Positions 16,719 through 31,110 of a DNA stretch of 64,000 nucleotides are shown in pieces. The position numbers and the translations under genes are program-made. Numbering within the stretch: the stretch's first letter is position 1; every line of letters begins with the position of its first letter. Below the pieces are notes generated by a model that saw only the letters and a list, made by a program, of their open reading frames with translations, was not told where the DNA came from and did not search any database. Origin of the DNA: the human T2T-CHM13v2.0 reference genome, Homo sapiens; the NCBI RefSeq assembly GCF_009914755.1, contig NC_060926.1; one strand, given 5' to 3'.

Positions 16719-17110
16719 TGTTATGGACTAAGTGTTTGCATTCCTCGCAAAATTCTTATGTTGAAGCCCCCAGCCCCCAATGTGATGCTCTTTAGAGATG
16801 GGGCCTTCAGTAGGTAATTAGGGTTAGATCAGGTCATGAGGGTAGGGCCTTCGTGATGGGGTCAGTGCTCTTCTAAGAGGAGGCTCCAGAGAGTTCTCTC
16901 TCTCTGTCTCTCTCACTTTCTCTCTGCCATGTGAAGGTACAATGGGAAGTCAGCCATGTGCAAGCCAGGAAGAAGGCCCTCACCAGAATATGACCAGGCT
17001 TGTACCTTGATTGAAGACTTGCAGCCTTCAGAAGTGGGAGAAAATAAATGTCTGTTGTTTAAACCACCAGACTGTGGTACTTTGTTACCTCAATCTGAGC
17101 TGGCAATGAC
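16719..17110 (+). mobile_element. MaLR LTR (MLT1A/A0)
   Basis: tgttatggactaagtgttt...aaaattcttatgttgaagcc...gcaagccaggaagaaggccctcaccagaa...aataaatgtctgttgtttaaacc. Confidence 0.85.
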
Positions 17111-18419
17111 GCCCACCTGGGACCCTGCTTTCTCTTGGGCTGAGGTTGTGTCTGCTGCTGGTCTCCAGGGCCAGGCAGAGGCCTGACATGCAGTAGGTGC
17201 TAAGCTAGTGCTGATGGGCCCCAGCTCCAGGGCAGCCTGCACATTCCAAACAGCACACGCTTTTTAGTGCCGGGGAGCTCATGTCCTGATAGAGCAACTG
17301 ATTAGGAGATGGCTGTTTTTGAGAGAAAGGGCAGAAAGACAAATAGATTTGTTTTACCTAAAAAAGAATCTTCTCCTTTATAAAAGACGGGAGTGAAGTC
17401 CAGGGATGAGAGGAGGGAGAAGAAGCTCCTGAATGCAGAAGGCAGGTCCATGCCTGTCAGGAAGGGGAAGGTGAGGGAAGAATGAGATACTGGTGGTGTG
17501 GGGCTCAGATTCCAGCCTGTTCTCCTCTGGGGCTGCCTTCCTGCCTTGTGAGGGCTGGAACTTGCTGGCTGCCCTCATTCCTCCACCTGCTGTCCTGGCT
17601 ACAAAGTGACTTCCCTCACTGAGTTTGCTTTCCTCTCACTCTGAAAGAAACCCTCTTCCCTAAGAGTGCCAATCTGGTGAATTGCTGGCCAGAGATTGCT
17701 AAGACCGCAGTGTGGACTCAATCCATAAAAACGAGTCTCCAAGGACAGCCCTATACTGTGGAGGGGAAGAAGAGCCTGCCAAGGAAGACACTGCCCCACC
17801 CCAGTGCACAGTCTCCTTGAGCAGCTCTAGGGAATAAACCCCTGGAGGAGAGGGCTTCCAGGACCTGTGCCTCAACAAAGCCTCTGCTGCCTCATCAAAA
17901 TGCGAATTGGTGTGTCTGCATCAGTCCACATCCCAGAGACATGAAGGAGTGGTGACAGCCAGCGCCCCAGATGATCAGGGTGGCCTCAGCTGGACCCTGC
18001 CCCACACTCAGCCAAAATGAAAGCAGAAGGGGAGAAACTGTGAAGTTGAAAATCTGCTCTCCTCGGGGCAAAAGTTCTTGAAGCCTCTGCTGAGGATGCA
18101 AAGAAGAGGCAGCCTTGCCATGAGGGGTGTCATGGCCTCCAGCCTGCAGCCCAGGAAACCATGCTGCTACCTGCCCACTCAGCAAAAGTTGTCATCATTC
18201 ATGATTCTACAGAATTTAAGAGATGAGGTGGACCCCACCTCCCACTCAGGTCTCTCCAAAGGTTTCTCAGTAGGTGTGGCCAGATTCGTCATCATCATCG
18301 TGGCTAGGCAAAATTTAGAAATCTGAGTTGGGTCAAGTTTAATAATACTTACAAATTATCATGGCCCTGGCTCTATATTAGGAATTCCTGATAGTGGAAA
18401 AATAGGTATGTATGAAGGC

Positions 18420-18600
18420 AGGCTGTGTGGTCGTGGAAAGAGTCAGTTTGTCCCAGGTTCAAATTCAAATTCATTATTTAATTAAATGTGAAGTCTTCTG
18501 GAAGATGCTCAACCTCTGTGAGCCCCAACGTCCTCATCTGTAAAATGGGCTTGTAGTCCTGCCCCATGGCATTTTTGCACAAGTTAAATCAGGTCTAGCA
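18420..18600 (+). mobile_element. MIR
   Basis: aacctctgtgagccccaacgtcctcatctgtaaaatggg core. Confidence 0.65.
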
Positions 18601-19044
18601 TGAGGACATTCCTTTTCCCCACACAATACTGGTTCACACATTGAACTTGGAAGGTAGCCCATTTGTCTGAGGCAGTAGCATATGGCTGGATTGAATTTTA
18701 AACACTTTCAAGTAAGATACAGAATTCATCCTTTTTAGTGAATTAAAAAAAAATCATGACAGAGCAAGTTCCAGGCAACAACCAGGATGAGCCCTTCTTT
18801 CAGACCCTTCTTACAGATGTCAGATGACAACAGCTCTTTGTTAGGCATTTTTCTAAACCCAAACAACCACTGCACACCAGCAGCACCTAAGTTCAGAATC
18901 ATACGATTACTGCATGTAAGAGGGGCCAGCTCTGTCTTTGAGTCAGGAGGTGCTTTTTCAACATATAAGGTACTAAACGTATTCCCCTGCTGCTCCCTCA
19001 GTGAAACAGAATGGCCATCCATGGAAGAATCCTCAATGTAGAAG

Positions 19045-19280
19045 CAGCTGTTTCAGTGAGAAGACCCTGCTTTGGAGTCAGAAGCGCCGTGATCAAACAC
19101 TGGCTTCACCAGCTGCGTGACTTTGAGAAGGTTGCTTAACATCTCTGATCCTCTGTGCCCTCAATAATCAAATGAGGCTGAAAAGGACTCCCAGGCCTGC
19201 TGTGAGTGTTACATAAAATGATGGATTAAACATTTGGGCCTAATACCTGACACATAGCATGCACCCAAAGGCACTCTTAC
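19045..19280 (+). mobile_element. MIR, near full length
   Basis: ctttggagtcaga...gtgactttgagaaggttgcttaacatctctga...tacctgacacatag. Confidence 0.7.
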
Positions 19281-20104
19281 TTCTTTGATATACCAGTGAC
19301 ATTGTTTTAAACATGTGTTCCTGTGCCGAGAAGGGGCCCAGAGAGAGAGGCCCAGAAACGGGAGCTGCGGTCTTGTTTCTGCATCCCTGGGCACGCCTGC
19401 ATTTGTGTGTGCAGACTCGCTTTGCTGCCTCGTGCTCAGCTTGCGGAGTGCTGTCATTCTATCCTAACTTCTTTCCAGCACCCTGCCTGGGTGAAGGGGG
19501 GATTCCCTAGAGGCCTACTATGTTTTATTGGTCGGGTTCACAAAACCCAGTAATAAATGGTTGTATGTTGATGATGAGGCTGCTGACAGACTCATGGAGT
19601 GTGGTAAGGAAGCTGCCCTATCCTAGCACCCTAGCATCCTGGCAGACCTTTGAGGGCACTGGCACCAGCGGTGGGCGTGAGAGTCCTGGTTGGAGCCCCC
19701 TTGCCTTGTGTGATATTTGGAAGGCACCTGCTCCTTGGAGCCCAGTTCCTTACTTGTAAAATGGGAACATGATGCTTCTTATTTGCTGCTCTGTATGGAG
19801 TGGATACATAGACTAAAACGCACAGACAATCAAACACAGGTGTTCTGTCCCCTGTCATCAATACTGGCCTTGTTCTGAGAGTCTTCATATTGTGAACACG
19901 AATGATGGAAATTCTAGGAGAAAGAATAACCCATGATTGGTACTAAAGCCACTGTGTTTCTGTCCTGGGAAGGTCTCCCAACTTTTACTTTCCTCTCTTT
20001 CATCCCAGAAAGAGAGACTTTTGTGAAATACTAGGCAATAGAAACACATGCTGGCTCTGCCTTGTTTTGTTGTTGTTTTCTGAAGGACAATCTATTATTT
20101 CTTT

Positions 20105-20370
20105 AGATTAGTAGCAATAATACTGATGATAATGGCAATAATAATAGCCATTTATATTTCTCGAACACAGGGTGCTAAGTAGACACATTTATATTACATA
20201 GTACCGTGGATAGTAGTGGTTGCCATTCTCATTTCACAGATGAAAAAAAAAATAAGTCTCAAAGATGTTAAGTGGCTTAATTCCAGGCTACTCAGTAGGT
20301 GAATGGCAGAATACAAATTCAAAGCTAATCAGTTTGGAGGCAAAGCCCAGTGAACTTTCTTCCACATTAT
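20105..20370 (-). mobile_element. MIR
   Basis: aataatagccattta...ctcatttcacagatgaaaaaa...gttaagtggctt. Confidence 0.65.
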
Positions 20371-21309
20371 GTGGTTTATTTACAAGAACCTTCCTTTTGG
20401 TCTGATACTTCCAGCGTCCTGCACAGGGTCTAATCCTTTCTAAGAAGTTGTTAAATGAGTGAAGGAAGGAAGGAATGCATGCCTGAATATATCAGTGGCT
20501 TAATTCAAACTCATTTGCAACCATGACTCATTGAGAGACATACTTTTATTTTCTGGCCAAATTAACATATTTTTCTCCTGCTTGGCTGTGTGTTCCATAG
20601 GGACAAATGACTGATGAGCAAACCCACTTTTTATGCTTCCAGCAGCTCCTGCCAGGCAGGGAGTCAGCTGTGCTCATCTGGCTCTTAGAATAAGTCCTAC
20701 CCTGAGAGCTGAACTCAGACAGGAGGCAGGAGCACAGACACTTCCACGTTGCTTACCTCTCTTGCAATGTGTGCAGGAAACTGGGAGATTAATACACCAT
20801 GGGGCGGTGACATGGAGAGATAGAGGCTCCAAGGCAGGCACGGTAACCGGATTGCCCCAGGGCAGCAGGAGCTGTCTTGAACTGTTCCTCCTGCTGGAGG
20901 ACTATCCTCCCCTTGCAACCTTGGCTGAGCAGCTGGTGGCTTTCTCAGGGCTCTCTTTTGTTAAAATCAGGAAAACAACCCAGATTCAAGTATGAACACG
21001 ACTGTCTTTGTGAGAGCTTCCCACCTAGGGACCTTTCCCTACCTTGAGAGAGAACAGAAAGACCACATACAAAGCGTCTGAGGTGCTCGGTGTGGAGAGG
21101 GGGCTGCGTACACAGGAGTTTTATTATTGACCTTCCAGTGAAATTCAACTGGGCCACCTCCCTTCCACTGCTAGAATGCTGTGAATCCTCATGGCACAAT
21201 TACACCCAGCAACTTGCTCAAGGTCACAGTTAGGAGGCGACCCAGCCTGCCCTGGAAGCCCAGCCTGCACCCCACCTGCGGGTTTTAGACTGACCCAGGG
21301 CTGCTGGGT

Positions 21310-21490
21310 GCAGGGTGCTTCCCTGAGCACGTTATGTAACAATCTCATTATCCAGCCACAGCAGGCCTACTTTCACATCGATTTTATGTGTGAAAAGACT
21401 CAGGCTCAGACAGGTAAAAACACATCCCAGGTCACAAAATTGGCAAAGGTGTGTGCCCAGGTGTGTCTGAACTTTTCACCCTGAGCCGTC
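21310..21490 (-). mobile_element. MIR
   Basis: attttatgtgtgaaaagactcaggctcagacaggtaa...cccaggtcaca. Confidence 0.55.
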
Positions 21491-22089
21491 GTTTGTGACT
21501 CTCTTGCTGCACTGCGCCCTCCTGCTGCAAGGTGAAGAGGTCTCTAGGCTCAACAGCTGCTGGTGCAGGGACTGGTCTCTGCGGGGAGTTTCTCGTCTAC
21601 TTAGGAAGCCTGACCCATGAGCTCCTTTTGGTTTTCCACACGGTCTTCACAAAGATCACCTCAGAGCCCTGACTGCAAGTCTCTCTGAAAAACTCATGGC
21701 TCTTGTTGCCCCACTTTAATTAAGAGGCAACCCCAGAGGCTGCTGAAGCATGGGCCATCCATCTTCTAGAATAAGCCACCAGCTGAAGGGGTAAGGGGCT
21801 GAATCAAAGCCTGAGGGTCAACCCAGAGAGAATCTGCCTTTCAAAGTGAGAGCCCTGCTGTTCCAGGATGGGGGAAGCAGGGGTGTTGGGTGATTTTACT
21901 CAGAGGTGCATGTGCTGATCTTGACAGATAGAAACATGTACTTCTGTCTTTCTCATTTTGACAATGAGTCACAAAACAAAACTGTGTCTTCTCCTCTTTA
22001 TCTGCATGCACACTATTTAGCAAAGGGCTGGACACAGGGTGGGCGTTTCCATTAATGGCTTGTTCAGTAGTAAAAACCAAATTTGTCTC

Positions 22090-22830
22090 AGGTCATTCAT
22101 TCATCCATAAAATATTAACTAGGTAATTAGCTAAGAAATTGACAGTAAACTGAAAGTTGTTGTTAAAATTGTCATGCAAAAAAGCAATGATACTTCTTGT
22201 AGGACACAGCCTGACAGAGAGACAGCCAATAATTATAGAAGATACTTAAGAGTATAATAGAACAAGGCCCACGAGGTGTCTGGCCTACTTGGGGGATCAA
22301 GGAAATGTTTGTTAAGAACATGACTGTTCCGCTGATGTTTGACTTAATTAAGTGAAGAGGGGAAAGAAACATTCCAGCAAGAACAGCATGTGCAAAAGCC
22401 CTTTGGCAGGTGGGAGCAGGTGCTTAGGAAAGACTCAAAGATGGTGTGTAGGTGGAACAGAGAGAGGGATGGTGCCCAGGAGGCTGAGGAGGTGCGGGAG
22501 GGAAGTGAGGGACCAGACAGAACGTGTATACTCTGTTCATGAGGTTGCTTTGTCTGCTTTAAAAAAAATCTTTAACTGGCTTTATCCATCAAAGTGCTTA
22601 ATGATGTTAAACACTTTAAAGTGGCACAGCATGTTCACTGGCATTATCACGTGTGTGTGCTTATTTTAAACATCATGCTGTCTGCAGTTGGAAGAGGTCA
22701 GAGAGGGCTTGAGGAGACCGGTTTAAAGACCTGCCTCAGCAGTCCAGGAATGAAGGAAGGTGGCTTGGACCAGGTGGAGGTGGTGGTGGCAGTGAAGAAC
22801 AAAGGAGAGATTCATATGTTCAGGAGGTAA
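22090..22830 (-). mobile_element. LINE-2 fragment
   Basis: tcattcattcatcc 3' end; aacattccagcaagaacagcatgtgcaaaagccc; ggtggcttggaccaggtggaggtggtggtgg. Confidence 0.65.
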
Positions 22831-23478
22831 AGCCACAGTTCCTGTGCAGACAGAACCTTGGCTAGTGCAGGGTTCTTGGCTGCCCTTTTGAGCAGCTCTG
22901 AGGCAGGGACAGAGTCTGCTCACTCAGTTCTGGTACCCAGAATGCCAGCTCTGCCCTCTGCATAGTTGTGGTGAAACATTCACATCGGGGAGAATTTCTT
23001 ACTGGAACAAAGCACTGCTGTTTGTCAAGGTCAAGTTTCCTTTCTTCCGCTATTCATTTTCCAAGGCCCAACTCAGACCCTCTCCTTCCAGGAACCCTCT
23101 GCAGCCATCACAACCCTTGGTGCCTGCTCTTGCCTCTGAACTATGTGAGAGATTCCAGGTTCACTTCTTTGCAACTCACCTCAGCCCCGAGAGCTGGAAC
23201 AGTCTGGGTGCAGGGCACGGTCCTGCCTGGGCCTCGCTTTCCTCCTTTGTCAAACGAAGAGGAAGGACCAATTTTGCTTAATGTTTGCCTAGCTGTGCAG
23301 TTGGTTCTTCTCATGACAAGTGTGCACTTTGAAGGCCCTGTGGAGACTCGTGTGCCCTTCTCTCTTAATCTACCTTTTGAAGGCGTGCCCAGTTCCGTCA
23401 TAGCTGTATCTCCTTGTGCGTCAACCATGGCTTACACTCCTTTGCACACTTCACAGTGGGTGCACAATGAGCATTTGC

Positions 23479-23517
23479 TGATTTGATTTGATGTGATTTG
23501 ATTTGACTTGACTTGAA
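23479..23517. repeat. (TGATT/TGACT)n pentanucleotide repeat
   Basis: tgatttgatttgatgtgatttgatttgacttgacttgaa. Confidence 0.8.
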
Positions 23518-24689
23518 TGTTGGCTTCAAGGCCAAGATCAGAACCAGGCAGCCTGGGTAAAACTGCCCAGTCATGACCTGACCTCTGGCTGTCAGTTGCT
23601 GCTGTTGGGATGTGGTGTGAGCTAAGTCAGCAGCAGAAAAAGATGCGGATGGTATGAAGTGGGGTAGGGGGTCGTACCTGAGCTGAGATAGATAGGCAGA
23701 GGGGAAACTGCAGGCATCAGCCCATTAATTTTATATTTAGCTTTGTAATGCATGCACATAGTTACTCAATGAAACAACACTGGAAAGATCATGAGATAAA
23801 ATAGCAGATTTCACTGCATCCCTTCCCAGCACCAGTTCCAATATTTTTGGCTTTTTTCTTGCACTTATAGTCATATTCTGTAACAGAGGCTGGCACTATT
23901 GCTTCTGTGTGCATCCGTTTCACAAGTTATTTGTTGCTGCTGCTTTGTGTGAGATTCAGATTCAGCCCTCTTGCATCTCCCCGACATCTCTCTCCTACTT
24001 CTTCCTCCCCCACCCCAAGGTCCCCATCCTTCCAATCCAGTCCATCTCCTTTTTCGTTACACCCATGCTCACTGTGCTCCACACTCCTCCACCTCATCTA
24101 AAGTGTGTTTAGCTGCACAGGTCATGGGTCCCAGGCACCAGTGCAGAGGGAGAGCTGCCTGGGAGAGTCCTGCAACAGAGAGGAACTTCATCCCTGCCCT
24201 GCCTTCCCTCACATTCTATTGAGGTTTTGGGCACATGTCATTTGGGAGCTGGGGACAGTACATTTTTCCCTAGGGACAGATATTATTTGGGTTAACATTC
24301 TAAGCACTGGGGAATATCTTTTTTCTTCCATTTTGTGAGTATAAGGCCAATATTTTGATATTTGCTTATGTTCTATTTAGTGGTCATATTCATAAAAATG
24401 CATCCAGAGGTTATGGGCTGGATTCCTTTGGCTTTGGGCTTGATGAAGGAACCAATCACATATCATTTCTGGTTGAAGACAGATCATGTTCCAGCTGCTG
24501 AAGAACATCAGTACTCTCTAGGCACTAAGAAATTGTCAGGGTGATAAAAAATATGTACTATAAATCTGAGCAGAATTGGAAGTAGGTAATGCCATAAAAT
24601 TCTTAGGACATTCTGCTTCTAGGGAGTTGTGAAAGGGACTTTCCCCTATTTCTCTAGATAAGTAAAATGAAAAATCTTGGGCATTAGAT

Positions 24690-27600
24690 AGAAAACAACA
24701 TTTCAGGAAGACTTAGAAAGGTGGGAGAAGAAGGCAGACTGGCCGGGCACCTCAGCATTGAGAAACAACACATTCCATTTGTAAGGATTTTCTTTTTTAC
24801 TTTATGTATCTTGTGGAAATCTCAATGGACAGAGAAACAAAATAAAATGACAGATTTAAGCCCCAACAAATCAGTAATTACACTGAATGTAAGTGGTCTA
24901 AATGCACCAATTAAAAGTAAAAGATTGGCAGAGTAAAAACTAAACAATGCTCTTCTAAATAATTCACGGTCAAAGAAAAATTCGCAAAATAATGTTTAAA
25001 GTAACACACTGAATTGAAAGAAAATAAAAATACAACATATCCAATTTGTGGGACACAGCTAAAGTAATGTTGAATTGGAAATTTAAAAGAGGAAAAGGCA
25101 AATATTAATAATCTCTGGTCTCAAGAATCTAGAAAAAGAAGAACAAAATGAGTCCAAATTAAGCAGAAGGAAAGAAATAAGCATAAAATAGAAATCAATA
25201 AAATTTAAAACAAAAACAATAAAAAATTAAAACAAAGAATGGGGTCATTATAAGATAAAAGAAATTGACAAATATGTAGCCAGACTGACAAAAAAAGAGA
25301 AGACACAAGTTACCAATATCAAGAATGAAATGGGATATTATCAAAGGGATGATAATGGAATGCTACAAACAATTCTACACACATAAGTATAAAACTTACA
25401 CTGGACCAGTGCCTCAAAAACACAAATCACCACAATTCACCTGATACAAAGTAGAGTTTTAACAGTCCTATAACTATTAGAATAATTGAATTTATCATTT
25501 AAAAACTGCCTCCTGTTTGCTGCAAATCCCCAGACTCAAATTGTTTTACTGTAAAATTCTACCAAACATTTATGGGAGAATTAATTTTAATTCTACACAA
25601 ACTGTACAGATGCTAAAAGAGAAAGAAACATTCCTCAATTCATCCTATGAAGCTATTGTCACCCTGATACCCAAACCAGACAAAGACAATAAAACAAACT
25701 TAACAAAACCCAAACTACATACCAATATTTCTCATGGCTATAGATGCAAATATACGTAGCAAAATATTAACAGATAAAACTCAGCAACATAGAAAGAATC
25801 ATACCATGACAAAGTGAGGTTTATTCCAAGGATGAGGAGCTGGTTGGTATTTTAAAGTCAAGCCATGCAATCTATCATATCAACAAACTAAAGGAGAAAA
25901 AATATATGATCACATCAATCAATGCAGAAGAAGCACTTGCCAAAATTCAACACCCATTCTTGAAAAAAAAAAACTTTCAGCAAACTAAACATAGAAGGGA
26001 ACTTCCTGAAATTGATAAAGAACATCTTCAGAAGTCCTATGGTTGACATTTATTCTTAGTAGTGAAAGATTAAAAGTTTTATGCCTAAGATTGGGAACAA
26101 GGGAAGATTGTCTGTTCTCACCACTCGTATTTATGACATCTTATGCTGGATGTTCTAGCCAGTGCAATCAGGCAAGAAAATGAATTAAAAACCAAGCAGA
26201 TTGGAAAGAAAGAATAAAATTGTCCCATTATGCAGGTGACATGATTTTCTCTAGAAAATCCCAAGGAATTTACAAATAAACACCTAGAACTAGTAAGCAA
26301 ATTCACAGTAACTAATAAGCAAAATCACAGACAAAATCAATTGTATTTATACATACTAGCAATGAACACATGGGGACCAAAATGACAAATACAATCCTTT
26401 CAAACTATACATCTAACAAATAAATGAAATAATTACCTATAAATCTAACAAAGTAAATATACCTGACTACATACTAAAAGTCATTCACAAATCTACCTGA
26501 CTTACATGCTAAAAACTACAAAGGACTGATCAAAGAAATCAAAGATGAAAGAAGGCATTCACTTAGAAGATTCATCACAATAAAGATAGCAATTCTTCTC
26601 AAATTGATATAGAGGTTCAATGCCATTCTTATCAAAATCTCAGCAAGACTTTTTTTGTCAATATAGGCAAGGTTATTCTAAAATGTATATGGAAAGGCAA
26701 TGGAACTAAAAATAGCTAAAACAATTATGAAAAGAGTTAAAGTGGAGGTATCAGCGTAGCTGATTTCAAGACTTCTTATATAGACTGTTTGGTCTTGGAG
26801 GAGGGATAGACACTTGGAGGGAGAACAGACAAATAGATCAATGGGACACAATGGAGAACCCAATGTAGGCTTACACAGATATGCCAAAGAGATTTCTCAC
26901 AAAGGTGCGAGAGCAATTCAAAGGGGGAAATTATAGCCTTTTTAACAAATAATGTTGGAGCAATTAGGCATTCATAAGTCAAAAAATGAGCCTAAACCAA
27001 AATCTCACATCTTTTGCAAAAATTAATGCAAAATGAATCATAGGTGTACATGTAAAATGTAAAATTATAAAACTTGAGAAAAAAAACACAAGAAAATCTT
27101 TGGGATTTAGGGCTCGAACTCTTTAATTTTACAAAATGTAAATTTCTGGGAAAAATTGATAAATTTGGATTCATCAAGGTTAGAAACTTTGGCTCTGTTA
27201 AAAAAATTAACCTGTCAAGAAGATGAAAAGACAACCTTCAAAGTGAGAGAAAATATTTGTAAACCATAAAACAACTAGTAATTAGAATATTTAGATAACA
27301 GTCAAAATTCAACAGTAAAAAATACAACAAGACAATCTAATTATAAAATGGGCAAAAACCATGAAGACAGATTTCACCATAAAAAATATAGATGAGGATG
27401 GTTAACATCATTAGCAATTAGGGAGATGCAAGCTAAAAGCATAATAACATACCACTGCTTACCTATCAAAATATCTAAAATAGAAAATAGTGACAATGGG
27501 AAATGTTGTCCAGCATTTTGAGAAACTTGATCACTCTTAACATTGTTGGTGGGAAAGTAAAGTAAAATGGTACAAGCGCTCTCAAAACAGCTTGAAAGTT

Positions 27601-28215
27601 TCTTAAAATACTAAACATACAACTATCACACAACCTGGTACTGAACTCCTGGACATTTATCCAGAGAAATGAAGACTGATGTTCACACAAAAACCTGTAC
27701 ATGAATGCTTCTTTGTATTACTTTATTGGTGATAGCCAAGAACTGGAAACAACTCAATTTTTCTTCAATGGGTGAATGGCTAAAGAAACTGTAGTACGTG
27801 CATGGGCTACTGCTCAGGAACAGAGGCATCGTGTGGACACATGCAACCACCTGGATGAAGCTCTAGAAAATTATGCTGAAACATCCCTATTCCAAAATGT
27901 CATATACTACATTAATATAATATTCTTGAAATGATTATAAAATGTAAAGACAGATTAATTGTTTCCAAAGTTAAAGAGGGGATGAAACTGGGAAGAAGGT
28001 GGATGAGGATGAGGAAGGGCAACCTGAGAGGTCCTTGTGGTTACAGAAACGTTCTTTATCTTGACTGCATCAATGTCAATATCCTGGTGGTGATATTATA
28101 CCATAATTTTGCAAGATTAGATTATCAAGAGAAACTATGTGAAAATGCACTAGATCTTTCTATATTACTGCATGTGAACCTACAATTATGTCTAAACATT
28201 TTTAATTAAAAAATT
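24690..28215 (+). mobile_element. L1MD-like element, internally deleted (5' fragment, decayed ORF2, 3' UTR)
   Basis: ORF2 remnants (LSPNKSVITLNVSGLNAPIK at ~24850; NSSYEAIVTLIPKPDKD at ~25640); L1MD-type 3' end cttgactgcatcaatgtcaatatcctggtggtgatatt...tgcatgtgaacctacaattat. Confidence 0.85.
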
Positions 28216-29249
28216 CTGTGAACATTAATTTCAGAACAAAATTGGACTTTAGAGGTTGATGTAGTTATATCTTGTTTGAACTTTAATTTCTTCTGGGAAC
28301 TTCATAATGGGAGAGATTTTATATTTAAATTTGGAGCAGCTATCAATATGTTGTTGGCATTTTGTGATTGGAATATCTTACTTTTTTAATATTGTTGGAA
28401 AACTTTGATGAGCTATATTGGACAGTGTGGCTGGACATAATTTGGAATGGGAAACAGAAAAGCAAATTCATTTTTAACCCTGAGAAAAGAGTAACCTTGG
28501 AGTCTACTTCCATTCTAGAGCCTTCTGGGGACAAAATCCACAATAGCCATCAGCAACCCTGGGAGGAGTCCACAAAGGAAGGTTGGCCTCATGTATGATG
28601 ATCAGGACTGCCTCGAAGGCCACATGCTGGACTGATGATACGATTGATGGTTATGACCATTATCTTAAGAAATAAAAAATCTGGCAGTTATTGAGGGGTG
28701 GGAGTTGGGAGTCAGGAGAACCATGTGAAAGCAAGGCCTGCTGGGTGGAGGGGATTTGACTGGCTTCTCTGCAAGTTTTGGAGAAGCAGTTGCACAGGCT
28801 CGACTCAACCCTTCCTTTCCCTCAAAAAAAAAAAAAAAAAAGGAATGGCAGTCTCTCTTCCTCCACACCACTGAAGATTCTACAGGGGCAGCCCCTCAGA
28901 GAGGCCCATGGTGGTGGGCACGCTAGCAAGCACACCTGGCTAACTAACCTCCACCACATTCTCCTCTTCCTTTTATCACTATCTTTCAGTTGGTTCTGAA
29001 TTTAGTTGGGAATAAAAGGGGGTGTTCTCCATTGAATTCCTGGAAATCTCAGCTTCCTTTAGTCAGCAAAATGACTGAGCACCCACTCTGCATTGGTTAT
29101 TGTGCCAGGAGATGAGATCCAGCTCTGTATATAGGACCACAGGCACCATAGGGGCTTGAGTGAGAATTTTTCTAAGATCAAACACGTGGACCCCAAGCCT
29201 TCTATCATAGTAATGTTCACTACATATGTTCTTTCTTTATATTCATGAC

Positions 29250-29806
29250 AAATTGTTTGCAAAAATGGTCATAAGAGCTTCTCTCCCTTTATCCACCCTT
29301 ATGTTGTCCCATCCTGTAACAACATAACAGGTATAACAACATCCTCACACAGATAAATGTCTAGTTATAAATTGTGATGGTTTCCTTGAGAATAAAGCTC
29401 AAAGGAAACAAGAAGATCTTATTGGTGTTGAAAGGTTGGGGTAAGCTTTTATACTAGGCTAAGCCGTATAACTTGCTATCCACAGAGTCAATCACAACTG
29501 GCTTATAAGCCGAGATTTGAAAAATGCCCGCATATTGGGGCTCTTTCTTGCTACTGATGGAAACCTGTGACCGCCACCATGTGAGCTTGGCTAGTCTGAT
29601 GGATGGTGAGAGACACAGGGACCCCTTGTTCCCATTGCATCAACTGACAGGAATAGGTGAGTGAGACCACTCAGTCCAGCCTACCCAGCCCAGACCAGCA
29701 GAGCTCCCAGCTGACCACAGAATCATTGAGTAACAACAAATATCCATTACTTTAAGTTACTAAGTTTTGGGATGGTTTGTTATGCTCCAAAAGCAAATTG
29801 AGATGA
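29250..29806 (+). mobile_element. MaLR LTR (MLT1F/G-like) interrupted by a foreign 109-bp segment
   Basis: tttgcaaaaatggtca...; cccagaccagcagagctcccagctgaccacagaatc...ttaagttactaagttttgggatggtttgttatgc. Confidence 0.7.
29342..29450 (+). repeat. 109-bp direct repeat, copy 1 (copy 2 at 30996-31104)
   Basis: tcctcacacagataaatgtctagttataaa...ggttggggtaagctttt occurs twice; 6 mismatches, no gaps by manual alignment. Confidence 0.95.
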
Positions 29807-29942
29807 CTGTTGTTATGCATTTGTTCAAGGTGTTAACTCTTGTTGCAGCCAGTTTGTGGCTTTACCCTAACATGTCAGAAACCTTCAAAAGTGACTTTAA
29901 TTCCCCATGCTATCAACAGAAAAAAAAGTATTTGATATATAA

Positions 29943-30261
<319 letters not shown>

Positions 30262-30739
30262 AAACTCCCACTGTTTTATATTCAACCATTGACTGGCTTC
30301 CCATGACTCTGCCACTGGGGTTCTACCATTCTCTATGGTAAAATCCCCCATTGAAGGAAATGAGGATTCCCCCCTTGCACTTCCAAGTGCAACTCTTCTT
30401 TGGCAGCTACCGAAGCCAGCACCATCACACTGCAGTGACAAGACACTCACCCTCGCCACCACAATTCTCTTTCTATTGATTTTCTTGTAGAGAGATTTTG
30501 GTCACAGCCCACATTGCCCATAAAATCTTTATGTCATCATTAACACTGCAGAATCTTAGAAACTCAGCTTTATTTAGTGCTATGTTATGTACTGTGCAGA
30601 GGTGGGGGCTGTCGAGGCCTCCAGAGGTGTTGCAGTGAGTCAGGCTGGCTTCTGTCCGGAGCACCCACAACTATCCCACTCTTTTTCTCATTCCTTCCTC
30701 TGCTGTCTCTGGTGGTTGTTTTTTTTTTTTTTCATACTC

Positions 30740-31110
30740 ACATTACTGGACTTTTCCACATTGTACATCACTGTGAGTCCCCTGGGGACAGGAACTCTGT
30801 CATATCCATCTTCATTCCCCACCTTCCAGTGCTGTATATGGAGTGTGTCAGGTGTAGAATGAAAGTTGGAAGCCTGGAGGGTTGAGTTCAATTCAACTAA
30901 TTCATTCCATACATCCTTATTGAGTTTGCACTGCATGACAGACACCAGGTAAGCATGCCATCTGGAACAGTGAACAAGATAGACATGGTCCCGTGTCCTC
31001 ACACAGATAAATGTCTAGTTATAAAGTGTGACGGTTTGCTTGAGAATAAAGCTCAAAGTGAATAAGAAGATCTTATTGGTGTTGAAAGGTTGGGGTAAGC
31101 TTTTGTACAA
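30740..31110. mobile_element. LINE-2 3' fragments in both orientations
   Basis: actgtgagtcccctggggacaggaactctgtc (+); ttcattccatacatccttattgag...acagtgaacaagatagacatggtccc (-). Confidence 0.6.
30996..31104 (+). repeat. 109-bp direct repeat, copy 2 (probable donor)
   Basis: Continuous with upstream L2-like sequence; ~94% identical to 29342-29450. Confidence 0.95.

Noticed and set aside
21515-21530. CTCF motif (gcgccctcctgctg)
   Set aside because: Only half of the consensus aligns without a gap
28595-28635. Box C/D snoRNA (ATGATGA...CTGA)
   Set aside because: Boxes are only ~40 nt apart with no terminal stem; too short
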